Both the position numbers and the translations under genes were made by a program. This document shows, one piece after another, positions 27,757 to 38,307 of a stretch of DNA of 64,000 nt. Under the pieces are notes generated by a model. The model was not told the origin of the DNA. It saw nothing but the letters and a program-made list of their open reading frames with translations, and searched no databases. Origin of the DNA: an uncultured cyanobacterium (GTDB lineage Bacteria; Cyanobacteriota; Cyanobacteriia; Phormidesmidales; Phormidesmidaceae); assembly GCA_963793265.1 (NCBI GenBank), contig CAWBZI010000001.1, positions 288,001 through 352,000 on the forward strand, in the 5' to 3' direction. Positions within the stretch are counted from its first letter, which is position 1. Each line of letters opens with the position of its first letter.

Positions 27757-28692
27757 ATGACTTCACTGACTGCTCTACTCAAAACGCCTAGAATTCTATC
27801 TCTCCTTCAGCCTGAGAGCGAGGCGATCGCCCCCTTAGCACTGACTTGGCGGCGGCATTTGCTGCTAGTCGAGAGGATCAAAAACACGTCAGTTCAAGAC
27901 TCATTAAAAAACATTCCCGCTCTACAAAGTTTGCAGTGGCGCGAAGCCTGTCTACAGCATTCGTCGGTCAAAGCGGTTCGACTAGATTTGAGCTTGGGAG
28001 AAGACGCGCTAAGAAGCTGGGCTAATACCTGCGATCGCACTGGCAAGCACACCTTTATTCGCCTACCGACCGCCGCCTACCTACCTAAAATGCGCTCTCC
28101 TCACGCGTGGCGGTTCAAGCGAGTGGCTGACTGGTTGGCCGCTGCGATCTTGTTGCTCTGCGTAAGCCCTTTGCTGTTGCTAATAGCCGCCATCGTGTAT
28201 GTAGATTCGCCTGGCCCCATATTATTTAGACAATGGCGAGTCGGCTATCGCGGTCACCTGTTCCAAATTATAAAATTTAGAACCATGCGCACCGACGCCG
28301 AGCAGCTTCATCATCAGGTGATGGGTCAGCAAACAGGGCTGCACAAGTTAGAGAACGATCCGCGAATCACTTCGGTAGGCCGTTGGCTGCGAAAATATAG
28401 CTTGGACGAGCTGCCACAACTCCTCAATGTGCTGCAAGGAGAAATGAGCTTAGTAGGCCCAAGACCCTGGGCTCTATATGACGCGGTGCGAATTGAGCCT
28501 TTTCAGTCTCGACTGAATGCACTGCCCGGCGTAACAGGTGCCTGGCAGGTAAGTACACGCTCAGACGAAGTTGATATTGTCAGCGTTAGTAAGACAGACC
28601 TCACCTACCTCGCCAAGTGGTCGGTTCTAGAAGATTGCAAGCTGCTGTTACTGACAATCCCTAAAGTAATTTTAGGGTCGGGGTCTTACTAA
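27757..28692 (+). CDS. Priming sugar (phosphoglycosyl) transferase, HepC-like
   Basis: [42 protein letters not shown] motifs. Confidence 0.92.
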   Translation: MTSLTALLKTPRILSLLQPESEAIAPLALTWRRHLLLVERIKNTSVQDSLKNIPALQSLQWREACLQHSSVKAVRLDLSLGEDALRSWANTCDRTGKHTFIRLPTAAYLPKMRSPHAWRFKRVADWLAAAILLLCVSPLLLLIAAIVYVDSPGPILFRQWRVGYRGHLFQIIKFRTMRTDAEQLHHQVMGQQTGLHKLENDPRITSVGRWLRKYSLDELPQLLNVLQGEMSLVGPRPWALYDAVRIEPFQSRLNALPGVTGAWQVSTRSDEVDIVSVSKTDLTYLAKWSVLEDCKLLLLTIPKVILGSGSY

Positions 28693-28694
28693 AC

Positions 28695-30122
28695 ATGTTG
28701 GACGTAGTTGTAAGAGAGCAACATAAAAATCCTCGGACTTCTTCTATTATCTGGACAGTCATATGCGCCTATGGCCTAGTATCTGCTATTCTCATCTCAC
28801 TCAAGCTAGGAAGCCTGGTCAACCTTTTTTTCCCGTGTGGAGCAGTCATCGTCGGACTCACGCTTTACACGCTAGATCAGCCTATATATGCTGGATTCAT
28901 CTGGTGGCTTTGCTTCCTGTCTCCTTTAGTCAGACGTCTAGCAGACTTCAACGCTAGCTATACAGCGCCTAGTCCGATTCTACTAGCGCCCTATCTCACT
29001 ATTCTTGTCTGTCTCCCTAGCTTCTTCCAAAAGCTGCCTAAGACGCTTTACAAAGGAGGCGGGCCTTTTGCTTTAGCGACCTTTGGAATCGCCTACGGTT
29101 ACTGTGTTGGCTGTGTGATTGGCGCACCTTTTGCCGCCACACAAGGTCTTTTAGAATGGCTCTCTCCCGTTCTTTTTGGGTTTTATTTCTTCTTCAACTG
29201 GCGATCCTATCAACAAAACAAAAAGGTTACGCAAAAAGCGTTTATATGGGGTCTTTTAGTGATGGGTATCTACGGTATATATCAGTATTTAGTAGCGCCC
29301 GGCTGGGAGCAATTTTGGCTTGTCAATACGATGGGCAAAGGTTCATCATCGCTGATTTTACTAGGTACCCCTTTTGGTACTCCCGAACCTCTGGGCATTA
29401 GGGTTTGGAGCACTATGAATGGCCCGTATACGTTTGCATCCTTTATAATACCGGGTCTGCTGTTTCTCTTAAGCTACAGCGGGCCGCTACAGCCATTAAT
29501 ATCAGCGGTAGGCTATCTGAGTTTTTTGCTGTCGCTATCTAGAACGGCCTGGATAGGCTGGCTTGTCTCTATATCTGCATTTTTTGTGACGCTCAAACCC
29601 GATCAACAGCTTCGATTTATAGTTTTAGTTGTCGTTGCCTTGCTAGCAACAATACCGCTAATAATGATAGGTCCATTTACTGGACTTCTGACCTCTAGAA
29701 TCGAATCGCTTTTCAGTATTGCAGATGATGGTAGTGGGGCTGCAAGAGCTGCGACGTATCAAGCGCTTCTACGAAAGGCGCTCACATCGTTCTCAGGCTA
29801 TGGCTTAGGAAACATACCCGATGTAGGTACGGTGCTCGACAGCGCGATTTTGCTAATCCTATTTGAGCTTGGCCTTTTTGGAGCTATTCCTTATATCTCC
29901 GGCCTGTTACTGTCTGTTTTGCGCAACAACAACAGTAAACAGGCGAGAGCTGACACATTTTTAGGAGTGTCTAAGAGCTTCGTTTTTGGTAGCCTGTTTA
30001 TGTTTCCTTTAGCGCCTATCTTAAATACAGAAACAGCCATAGCCTTATGGGGATTTGTCGGATTGAAGCTTGCTGGAAATGAGTTTTATAGCAGCATAGA
30101 AAAAATAGACAGCGCCACCTGA
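28695..30122 (+). CDS. Wzy polymerase / O-antigen ligase-like membrane protein
   Basis: About 11 TMs, R..STMN.P, SLSRTAW and GYGLG motifs. Position within the EPS cluster. Confidence 0.75.
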   Translation: MLDVVVREQHKNPRTSSIIWTVICAYGLVSAILISLKLGSLVNLFFPCGAVIVGLTLYTLDQPIYAGFIWWLCFLSPLVRRLADFNASYTAPSPILLAPYLTILVCLPSFFQKLPKTLYKGGGPFALATFGIAYGYCVGCVIGAPFAATQGLLEWLSPVLFGFYFFFNWRSYQQNKKVTQKAFIWGLLVMGIYGIYQYLVAPGWEQFWLVNTMGKGSSSLILLGTPFGTPEPLGIRVWSTMNGPYTFASFIIPGLLFLLSYSGPLQPLISAVGYLSFLLSLSRTAWIGWLVSISAFFVTLKPDQQLRFIVLVVVALLATIPLIMIGPFTGLLTSRIESLFSIADDGSGAARAATYQALLRKALTSFSGYGLGNIPDVGTVLDSAILLILFELGLFGAIPYISGLLLSVLRNNNSKQARADTFLGVSKSFVFGSLFMFPLAPILNTETAIALWGFVGLKLAGNEFYSSIEKIDSAT

Positions 30123-30165
30123 TGACTTATTTTCCCTATCTCTTGCACTTTATGGATCGTCTTCA

Positions 30166-31494
30166 ATGCAATTTTTAGCTTCTAAAATCAACTGGCTGAT
30201 TAAAGGAGACGGTGGCATTGCAGCGACGCTACAAACTGTTTTTTCTCGTTTTTTCATACTCGCTATAAATTTAGCAACCGGAATTATCACCGCTAGAATG
30301 CTAGGGCCAGAAGGTCGAGGGGAGCAGGCTGCCATTATTTTTTGGCCAGGGATATTAGCAAGTACGTTTACGCTAGGACTACCGATATCCATTGTTTATA
30401 ACTTTAGACGATATCCAGATAGAAGGCCGGAGATGTTCGCGAGTGCGCTCATTCTTTGCGTGGTCTTAGGGCTGCTTGCGTCTTTTACAGGTTATGCTTT
30501 CTTGCCCTACGTTTTAAACAAGTATTCAGCAGAGACGATAGCCTTTGCTCGAATTATGGTGTTTACGACAATCGCCATTCTGCTTAGCTTAGTTCTCTAT
30601 GGAGCCTACGAAGGAATACAAAAATTCTCAGTCTCTAACAAAGCACGTACTTCAATCGCGGTGTCAACGCTGCTGCTACTCGTTGCTTTCTCACTAACGG
30701 GAACGTTAACTTCTTACACCTCCTCGATAGCGTATTTAGCTATCTATGTGCCTATTGCGTTTTGTCTGTTGGTTGGGTTGTGGCGTACTTTGAAGCCGAG
30801 GGTAGAAAACATAGTCCCTTCTTCAAAACTGCTTATCAGCTATGGCGTTCGCTCCTATGGGATTGATCTGTTTAATGCTGTTTCAAATCAAGTAAATCAG
30901 GCGCTGGTTGTCAGCGCTTTGAGTCCTGTAGAAATGGGACTGTTCGCGATCAGCACGAGCTTTACTAATATGCTGTCTATCTTCAGGCTTTCTATTGTAA
31001 CTGTGCTGCTGCCTAAAATGGCGGCGCGATCGCAAAAGGAGGTGGTAGAGACTACAGGCCGTGCGGCTAGAATTTGCGCGGCCCTGACGCTTATGACTGG
31101 CTTAATAATGGTTGTTATAGCCCCTCAGCTCATAACGCTACTGTACGGTGCTGAATTTCTAGAGACTGTTGTATTATTTAGAATATCAGTGCTTGAGGTT
31201 CTTCTTTTAGGCATTACGCTGGTACTCTCTCAGGCATTTTTGTCTCTAAACAAACCGGGAATTGTTACAGTCTTACAAGCAACTGGCCTTGTCGCTGGTA
31301 TTCCGCTTCGGTTAATTTTAATTCCGGCCTATGGCTTTGTCGGCGCTGGAATAGCAATCCTGCTTTCAACCATAATCAGGTTTATATTCATACTTGCCTG
31401 TTTCCCAATCTTCTTAAAGTGCAAAGTACCTAATCTTCTGGTTACAAAGGCTGATATTTCATACCTAACGAAAAACATTCTCAAAATAACTTGA
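30166..31494 (+). CDS. wzx: Wzx-type oligosaccharide flippase
   Basis: ARMLGPEGRG, LLYGAEF and LIPAYGFVGAGIA motifs. About 12 TMs. Confidence 0.85.
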   Translation: MQFLASKINWLIKGDGGIAATLQTVFSRFFILAINLATGIITARMLGPEGRGEQAAIIFWPGILASTFTLGLPISIVYNFRRYPDRRPEMFASALILCVVLGLLASFTGYAFLPYVLNKYSAETIAFARIMVFTTIAILLSLVLYGAYEGIQKFSVSNKARTSIAVSTLLLLVAFSLTGTLTSYTSSIAYLAIYVPIAFCLLVGLWRTLKPRVENIVPSSKLLISYGVRSYGIDLFNAVSNQVNQALVVSALSPVEMGLFAISTSFTNMLSIFRLSIVTVLLPKMAARSQKEVVETTGRAARICAALTLMTGLIMVVIAPQLITLLYGAEFLETVVLFRISVLEVLLLGITLVLSQAFLSLNKPGIVTVLQATGLVAGIPLRLILIPAYGFVGAGIAILLSTIIRFIFILACFPIFLKCKVPNLLVTKADISYLTKNILKIT

Positions 31495-31567
31495 GGAGTC
31501 TTCAGTCTAGAACATGCAGCTTTTTATATATTTCCAAAAGCAATTTAATAGTACTTGGTGAGGCGCA

Positions 31568-32356
31568 ATGCTTGTTTTCGTTATTCCTTTGAAAAGTAAA
31601 CTCGTTTCCCGTTCCTGGCCTACTGTAAGCGACCTATTCAGAAGAACTCTAGAATCAATCTGTCAGCAGACATCGACAAACTTTAAAGTCATCGTTGCTT
31701 GTCACGAAAAGCCTTCTGTTGGCTTTGAGCACGACAGTGTTGAGTACATTATTGTTGATCACTCTCCACCACTGCTAATAGGCGATCCTGCTGAAGATCG
31801 CAGGCGAAAAGAAACCGATCACGCAAAAAAATTATGGCTTGGCTTCGTTTATGCCAAATCTCTTAGTCCTTCGCATGTGATGGCTGTCGATGCTGATGAC
31901 TGTATAAGTCGTAGATTGGCAGCTCACGTAGATAAAAATATCCATAGCAATGGATGGTATATAGACCAGGGATTTGAATATCCCAACAAAGGAAATGTTA
32001 TTTATCCAAAGTCGAAGTTTTATACGAAGTGTGGAACAAGCAATATTATTCGCTACGATTTGCTATCGCCCTTACTTGAGACTTCTGTGGATAAAGTCAG
32101 TATTAAGAACGACTTGATGTACATGCGTCATAAGCTTCAGCGCGGTTATTTTGCTGAGACAGGCAGTCCGATTTCACCTCTTCCCTTTCCAGGTGCTATT
32201 TATATCACAGAGCACGGCGATAATAATTTTCTTGAGTATTTTTCAAACAAACAAAAGACCTTATCAGACTATGGGAGGCTGTATGGCGGAAAGCTACGAA
32301 AACGACTAATGGCTAAACCAGTTACAAAAGAAATACGCGATGAATTTGGACTGTAG
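31568..32356 (+). CDS. GT2-like (GT-A) glycosyltransferase
   Basis: FVIPL, SICQQT..F.VIV and DADD (DxD) motifs. Confidence 0.8.
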   Translation: MLVFVIPLKSKLVSRSWPTVSDLFRRTLESICQQTSTNFKVIVACHEKPSVGFEHDSVEYIIVDHSPPLLIGDPAEDRRRKETDHAKKLWLGFVYAKSLSPSHVMAVDADDCISRRLAAHVDKNIHSNGWYIDQGFEYPNKGNVIYPKSKFYTKCGTSNIIRYDLLSPLLETSVDKVSIKNDLMYMRHKLQRGYFAETGSPISPLPFPGAIYITEHGDNNFLEYFSNKQKTLSDYGRLYGGKLRKRLMAKPVTKEIRDEFGL

Positions 32357-32436
32357 GGATGCTGAGTAAAGGCTAAACCGCTTTAGAATTTCACAGATTT
32401 GCGAAGTATCTTCTATTAGATTTTAGAGATAGTGCG

Positions 32437-33567
32437 ATGAAAAAAGCCGATGTTATTATCGTTCATGAGTTTAACGGGCCAAAATATTTTGAGGCCATAT
32501 CTTCACTGTATAGCGAAAGGAAAATCGAGGCTTTAACCTTTAAAGAATCTAGCGTTCTAAAGCAGTTGGTTCGTAATGTTTTTCGAGATAAGAAAAGTAT
32601 CAGCAGTTCGGTAAGGCGAGCTTTTGAAAACTTTCTTCTCAGGTTAAAGGTACCGTTGTTTAAAGGCAAAACGGTTATACTTGCCATACCTCCTTGGGAC
32701 TTCCGTATGCTCTGGTACGGCCAGTTGGCTAAGCATAATCGGCTTATCTATCATACATCCTGGCCCAATTGGCAGATAGATGCCGTTCCGCGCCGATATG
32801 TTTTTTTAAATCATATTCTCAGGTGGCACTGGTATCGTGTATTGCAATTAGAGTCTGTTCAAATAGTCGCGGTTGCCTCTAAGGCTGCTGAGCATTTACA
32901 CCAGCAGTTTATAGAAACTCGTATTGATGTTATTCCTCACGTCGTAAGTTCTGAGTTTGATCGGGTTGCAGCTACCCAGTCGAAGACATCTTTTGGGATT
33001 CTATTCGTTGGCGAGCTAATTGAGAAGAAAGGAGTGGGTTTATTACCCAAGCTCATTGAAAAGCTCGCCGATCAATCGTTTCGCTTTGGTATTGTTGGAG
33101 AGGGCTCTTTGAAGTCGTCTTTTGATCGTTTTCAGGGTTTTCCGAACGTGACTATTTATGGGAAAGTCAGCGATCGCAAACAGCTTGCCGAAATCTACGC
33201 TAGCCACCATGTCTTATTAGTTCCTTCTCAAAAGACAAGCCGCTGGGAAGAACTATTTGGAATGGTCATTGTGGAAGCTATGTCAGCAGGGCTTCCTGTG
33301 ATTGCCTCCAAACATATTGGCCCAAGTTCAATCATCACAGACGAAAAGGATGGATTTTTAGTTGCCGAAAAGCAAATTGAGGAATTTATGGAGCGCATTT
33401 GCTACTTAAAAGATAATCCAGTTGCGTGGAAAGCAATGTCGGATAGTGCTTTGGTAACCGCTAAGCGCTACTCGTTGAAAACCGTTTCAGCAGAGTGGCT
33501 AGAACTACTGACCTCAACGAATTCGCCTAATTTAATAGATGTGAAAGATAAAAATAGTTCTGTTTAG
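32437..33567 (+). CDS. GT4 glycosyltransferase
   Basis: FVGELIEKKG and EELFGMVIVEAM motifs. Confidence 0.88.
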   Translation: MKKADVIIVHEFNGPKYFEAISSLYSERKIEALTFKESSVLKQLVRNVFRDKKSISSSVRRAFENFLLRLKVPLFKGKTVILAIPPWDFRMLWYGQLAKHNRLIYHTSWPNWQIDAVPRRYVFLNHILRWHWYRVLQLESVQIVAVASKAAEHLHQQFIETRIDVIPHVVSSEFDRVAATQSKTSFGILFVGELIEKKGVGLLPKLIEKLADQSFRFGIVGEGSLKSSFDRFQGFPNVTIYGKVSDRKQLAEIYASHHVLLVPSQKTSRWEELFGMVIVEAMSAGLPVIASKHIGPSSIITDEKDGFLVAEKQIEEFMERICYLKDNPVAWKAMSDSALVTAKRYSLKTVSAEWLELLTSTNSPNLIDVKDKNSSV

Positions 33568-33573
33568 CACATT

Positions 33574-34671
33574 ATGAATAAAAGACTAGAGCTATTAGAG
33601 TGCTTCAGAGGCATTGCAACTATTCTAATCGTCGGCTTTCACGCTACGGTCTTATTTGAGCTGAAGTTCAACCGGGTGTTTTTGCTATCAATCTTTGAGT
33701 TTGGAGATGCTGGGGTTGATTTCTTCTTCGTTCTTAGCGGTTTTTTCTTGGCTTTGGTCGGTCTGAAGTACACTGGCAGTAAAGACAGTAGAGATGTAAA
33801 AGGGTTTTTGCTGAGGCGATTTATACGCATCTATCCACTCTATTGGCTAATTAATCTTTTTCTAATTCCTATCTATTTCTTGGCACCTTCGTTTGGCAAA
33901 GGCTATGAAAGAAATATCGGAGCCATTGCCAAATCGCTACTGTTAATACCGCAGGCTCACTTCCCAATATTGACAGTTGCCTGGTTTTTAACACATCTGG
34001 TTTTTTTCTATCTAGTATTTAGTCTTTTAGTGCTAATGAAATCTCGACTGTCTATTGCTACTATCTCTATCTGGCTCGTTCTGTCTGTTGCTTTTTCAAT
34101 CTGTGATCTACTATCAGGATCTCAGCTCAGTCAAAATTCTCACTATTTAGTAAGTTTCTTTTTCAGCTACTATATTCTAGAATTCTTTGCAGGCTTTCTG
34201 GTAGGCGTCTTAGCGCTCAAAATAAAAATCAGCAATAAAATAGCCAAACTAATTTTGATGTCGGGCTTATGCTTATTTTTGGCTGCTGGCGGTATAGAGA
34301 CTTATATACTCCCTAACAGCGCTGAGATTGATACTGCCAGTTACTACAACCTCTTTACTTATGGCGTAGCTTCAGTTCTAATAGTTGGCGGCTCGGCTCT
34401 CTTAGAAAAAGACAGAGAAAAGGATAAAAAGGTTAACGTTCCCAACTTTTTTCTGTCGCTTGGTGCAGCTTCTTACACCATTTATTTAATTCACTACCCG
34501 CTTTTGTCACTGTTCACAAAAGTGGTACAGGCAACGCTTCGTTCAAACTTTGTTTTTCTTACAGCCTGTATGATTTTTGCCTGCTGCTTATCAATCGCTT
34601 TTGGATATGCTGTCCACATTTTTGTAGAGAAAAAGCTTATCTCTAGTCTAAGAAGCTATCTAAGTGTTTAG
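33574..34671 (+). CDS. Acyltransferase family 3 (polysaccharide O-acetylase)
   Basis: RGIA...H, GVDFFFVLSGF, RRFIRIYP and SYTIYLIH motifs. Confidence 0.92.
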   Translation: MNKRLELLECFRGIATILIVGFHATVLFELKFNRVFLLSIFEFGDAGVDFFFVLSGFFLALVGLKYTGSKDSRDVKGFLLRRFIRIYPLYWLINLFLIPIYFLAPSFGKGYERNIGAIAKSLLLIPQAHFPILTVAWFLTHLVFFYLVFSLLVLMKSRLSIATISIWLVLSVAFSICDLLSGSQLSQNSHYLVSFFFSYYILEFFAGFLVGVLALKIKISNKIAKLILMSGLCLFLAAGGIETYILPNSAEIDTASYYNLFTYGVASVLIVGGSALLEKDREKDKKVNVPNFFLSLGAASYTIYLIHYPLLSLFTKVVQATLRSNFVFLTACMIFACCLSIAFGYAVHIFVEKKLISSLRSYLSV

Positions 34672-35878
34672 GAAAAGGTTGCTGATTGTGAAAATTCTGT
34701 TTTTAGATCAAAGCGGTAAATTGGGGGGTGCTGAACTATGTCTAGCGGATATTGCCAAACAGACAGAACATGTTAGGCTCGTCGGTGTCTTTGCTGATGG
34801 CACTTTTCCTGCTTACCTTCGGCAGCTAGATGTTCCTGTTAAAGTTCTGACGAACGAAGCTCTTCAAGTAAAAAAAACAAGCGGCTTACCAGCAGGTCTT
34901 AGAAGCCTGCGCCAGCTCACTCCTTTAGTTGTGAAAGTGACACAGCTTAGTAGATGCCATGATTTGATTTATGCTAATACTCAAAAGGCTTTAGTTGTTG
35001 GCGCGATCGCAGCATTTCTCAGCCGCCGTCCGTTTGTCTATCACCTGCATGATATCGTCTCTCCCGAACACTTCAGCGCCGCTAATTGCCGAATTATCGT
35101 TGCATTAGCAAACCGAGCTGCGCTCATTATCGCCAACTCTCAAGCCAGCCGAGATGCCTTTGTCTTAGCAGGTGGAAAGGTTGATAAGCTTCACGTTGTT
35201 TACAACGGCTTTGACCCAGATATTTATACCCGCTGCGCCGATACTAAAAGACAATATGAAAGAAGAGCACTTCGAGCAGAACTAATTTCTTCCGATAGCC
35301 TCCGAGAAAATAAAAAGACGCCGTTTATAGTTGGGCACTTTAGCCGCCTTTCTCCTTGGAAGGGACAACATGTATTGATAGAAGCGCTGCAATACTGCCC
35401 AGATAATGTGGTTGTCCTGTTAGCAGGCGACGCCTTGTTTGGAGAGCAAGATTACGTTCAACAGCTTCAGCAGCAAATTAAGACGCTCAATCTAGACCAT
35501 AGAGTTAAGTTCTTAGGATTTCGATCTGATGTGCCCCGTTTGATAGCGGCTTGTGACTTAGCAGCCCATACGTCTACAGCCCCTGAACCTTTTGGTCGCG
35601 TTATTGTTGAAGCCATGTTGTGTGGCTGTCCAGTCGTTGCCGCAGCAGCAGGTGGGGCAACGGAAATCGTAGAGCATAGTAAGACAGGATGGCTTGTCCC
35701 ACCAGGGGACGCGGCTAAGCTTGCGGATGTTATTAGGCTTGCCCATGATCAGCCTGTTCAGGCTAAGGCGATCGCTCAGCGAGGTCGCAAACAGGCGCAG
35801 CAGCAGTTTAACTTGACAGTGGTTAATGCTCAAATCAATCGACTGTTGAAAGAGACTATGCAATCGGTCTTTCTGTAG
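34664..35878 (+). CDS. GT4 glycosyltransferase
   Basis: GGAE, SRLSPWKGQ and EPFGRVIVEAM motifs. Confidence 0.92.
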   Translation: MFRKRLLIVKILFLDQSGKLGGAELCLADIAKQTEHVRLVGVFADGTFPAYLRQLDVPVKVLTNEALQVKKTSGLPAGLRSLRQLTPLVVKVTQLSRCHDLIYANTQKALVVGAIAAFLSRRPFVYHLHDIVSPEHFSAANCRIIVALANRAALIIANSQASRDAFVLAGGKVDKLHVVYNGFDPDIYTRCADTKRQYERRALRAELISSDSLRENKKTPFIVGHFSRLSPWKGQHVLIEALQYCPDNVVVLLAGDALFGEQDYVQQLQQQIKTLNLDHRVKFLGFRSDVPRLIAACDLAAHTSTAPEPFGRVIVEAMLCGCPVVAAAAGGATEIVEHSKTGWLVPPGDAAKLADVIRLAHDQPVQAKAIAQRGRKQAQQQFNLTVVNAQINRLLKETMQSVFL

Positions 35879-35922
35879 ACGCGCGATGTCGCATAAGGCG
35901 CTATCTTCTGATGACTTGCTGA

Positions 35923-37131
35923 GTGAATACGCTCAGCGAGGCTTGCTGTGGAGTAGTGTTTGTGTCTTTTGTGTTTTCTTTTGTACCTTCTACAGAGCGA
36001 TCGCGTTTTTCGTATGCCGTCGGGCTCGCAGCACTTTTTCTCATGAGTTGGAGTGGTGCGATCACCAATGCACAGCCAGCCGTAAATCCATCGACAGGCG
36101 AACCCGCTAGCAGTTCAGCGCCTTCACCCACTGCCCCTTTAACAATAGGCGTCGGCCATGCGCCCCCTTTTGCCATCGAAACGCAAACCGACAGTGGCAG
36201 CGACTGGGACGGCATCGGTGTGCACCTGTGGCGAGAAATTGCCGAAGATTTGAATATTCAGTATGAATGGCAGAAAATCTCTCCTGCTGACGCTGTACAG
36301 CAGGTACAAAACGGCACTGTCGATATTGCTATCACCGCTAGCGCCACTGCCGAGGCCGAGCAGCAGGTTGACTTTACGCAAAGCTACTACAGCACATCGC
36401 TAGGGATAGCCCAGCTTCGTCGGCGTCGGTTAATAGACATCGTACTGGCTGTTTTGTCGCCGCGATTTCTCTGGATCTGCTTTTGGCTATCCATCTTACT
36501 TCTCATTGTAGGTCTAATTGTTTGGCTGTTCGAGCGCAATAACAACAAAGACATGTTTAATCCCAAGCCAGCAAAAGGACTATGGAACAGCTTTTGGTGG
36601 GCGGGGGTAACGCTTACTACAATCGGTTACGGGGATATTGCTCCAATTTCAGTTGGCGGGCGGGCGATCGCACTGCTTTGGATGCTCGTGTCGATGGGTA
36701 TTACAGCGAGCCTAACAGCCAGCATTACGTCTGTTGTAACCCAGGATAGCAGCGGTAAGCTTACCGACTTTGCCAGTCTTAAAGAGATAACGGTAGGTAG
36801 TATAGAGGGTTCTGATGCGGCAGATGAGCTACAGCAACAGGACATTTCTTTTGAGACGGTGCCGACACCGATGGAAGGATTGCAGGCTGTAGATGAGGGT
36901 CAGTTAGATGCTTTTGTCTATGATGCTGCACAGCTACAGTATTTGAACAAAAATGAGCTGAAGAATAAATTAGCGATTGAAACAACAGATCTTGACGCGC
37001 GTCGCTATGTGTTTGCGCTGCCTGAGAATGCTGATAGCTTTGAGGCGATTAATGCTCAGCTTTTGAGAGAGCAAGATGGCGCTGATTGGCAGAGTTTGCT
37101 TGATCGTTTTTTGCCTAAGTCTGACCAGTAA
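35923..37131 (+). CDS. GluR0-like ligand-gated K+ channel (split periplasmic binding domain + M1-P-M2)
   Basis: S1 segment (APPF, VDFTQSY), SFWWAGVTLTTIGYGD K+ filter, TASLTASIT helix and S2 segment. Confidence 0.9.
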   Translation: MNTLSEACCGVVFVSFVFSFVPSTERSRFSYAVGLAALFLMSWSGAITNAQPAVNPSTGEPASSSAPSPTAPLTIGVGHAPPFAIETQTDSGSDWDGIGVHLWREIAEDLNIQYEWQKISPADAVQQVQNGTVDIAITASATAEAEQQVDFTQSYYSTSLGIAQLRRRRLIDIVLAVLSPRFLWICFWLSILLLIVGLIVWLFERNNNKDMFNPKPAKGLWNSFWWAGVTLTTIGYGDIAPISVGGRAIALLWMLVSMGITASLTASITSVVTQDSSGKLTDFASLKEITVGSIEGSDAADELQQQDISFETVPTPMEGLQAVDEGQLDAFVYDAAQLQYLNKNELKNKLAIETTDLDARRYVFALPENADSFEAINAQLLREQDGADWQSLLDRFLPKSDQ

Positions 37132-37142
37132 AGCCAACAAAA

Positions 37143-37170
37143 AGGAGGGCTCTAGAACTAGAACCCTCCT
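37143..37170. terminator. Hairpin between convergent genes (probably bidirectional)
   Basis: AGGAGGGCTCTAG-AA-CTAGAACCCTCCT preceded by an A-run. Confidence 0.65.
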
Positions 37171-37209
37171 CCTATAAAAGCCTTGTGCTGCTCAAACTTA
37201 GCCTTTAAC

Positions 37210-37761
37210 TTAGCGAATAACTTCGCTCTCTACTTCAATGACGGTAGGTGCATCAGGCGCGGTCGTTTGCTTGGTAGCAGGTGGCTGAGTGGTGACGTAG
37301 CGATCGCGAACGCCGCTAAACTTATCCTTAAGATCGCTATACTGCTGACCGTAGCGATTATTCAGCACGTCATCTAGCTTAATCGCCTGAGTTTTGAGCT
37401 GAGGAAATAGCTTTTCTTTAGTAGCGACTGCCATCACGCGAACAAAGCGAATGAGCCGGTCGGTGCGGTCTTGAGTATCTGCTTCTTGCTGCCAGGCTTC
37501 ATTGACTGTCTTAGAAGCCTGCTGACTTTTCTCTTTAACAGTAGCCACTGTCTCAGCAGTCACTTCTTTAGCAAGCGGGCTAATCACAGTGCGCCCTGCT
37601 TTGAATTCGGCAGCGGTTTCAGCAAAAGCTGTACGCAAAATCTTAGCAATCCGCTTGGCTCGCTGCGTGCCCTCTTGCTTGAGGGTCTTTGCTTTCTCTG
37701 CGGTAGACGGCGCTTGATCGGCAGATGTGTTGGAGAACTCGGAAGGTGTCATGTATGTCAT
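37210..37761 (-). CDS. Hypothetical helical protein
   Basis: 183-aa ORF co-oriented with the YkvA-like gene. Confidence 0.7.
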   Translation of the reverse strand: MTYMTPSEFSNTSADQAPSTAEKAKTLKQEGTQRAKRIAKILRTAFAETAAEFKAGRTVISPLAKEVTAETVATVKEKSQQASKTVNEAWQQEADTQDRTDRLIRFVRVMAVATKEKLFPQLKTQAIKLDDVLNNRYGQQYSDLKDKFSGVRDRYVTTQPPATKQTTAPDAPTVIEVESEVIR

Positions 37762-37831
37762 GGGTTTTACTTGTTTTTGAAGTGTATAAGACTAGGGAAA
37801 GTTTTGAAAGGCAGAGTTTTGAAAGGCTAGG

Positions 37832-38140
37832 TTAGCCGACAGAGACGGCATCGACGGTGATAGTTTTACCAGCATCGAAGTCTGCATCAAGCTCTTTTTC
37901 GGTGTTGGGCTGTCGCTTGCGCTTGAGCTGCTCTGTCATGAGCTGACTAACTTCTGTAACCAGTAAGCCGACAACAACCCCATCATCTATCCAACCTAAT
38001 ACTGGGAAAACATCTGGAGAAATGTCTAGCGGGCTGACGAGATACAACAGGGTTCCGAAGATAACAAGCCAGCGATATTTGGAGTGCTTGAGGGCTTTGC
38101 GATATAGGTTATGGAGAACAGTTGAGAAGGGTTGTTTCAT
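37832..38140 (-). CDS. YkvA/DUF1232 family protein
   Basis: YLVSPLDISPDVFPVLGWIDDG motif. Likely start ATG 38140. Confidence 0.88.
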   Translation of the reverse strand: MKQPFSTVLHNLYRKALKHSKYRWLVIFGTLLYLVSPLDISPDVFPVLGWIDDGVVVGLLVTEVSQLMTEQLKRKRQPNTEKELDADFDAGKTITVDAVSVG

Positions 38141-38307
38141 TTTGTTTTGGCCGCTTGCTTGGCCGGAGTGCTTTGTGCCAACAAATATATAATCGCAAAT
38201 ATACGCGCTGCCGTCAGGTGTAGATTGCACACCGAACAACAGAGAGTACGGTCGATTGAAACTATACGGTTTGCCGTAAAGAAGAGACGGTTTACCGTAA
38301 AAGGTTT

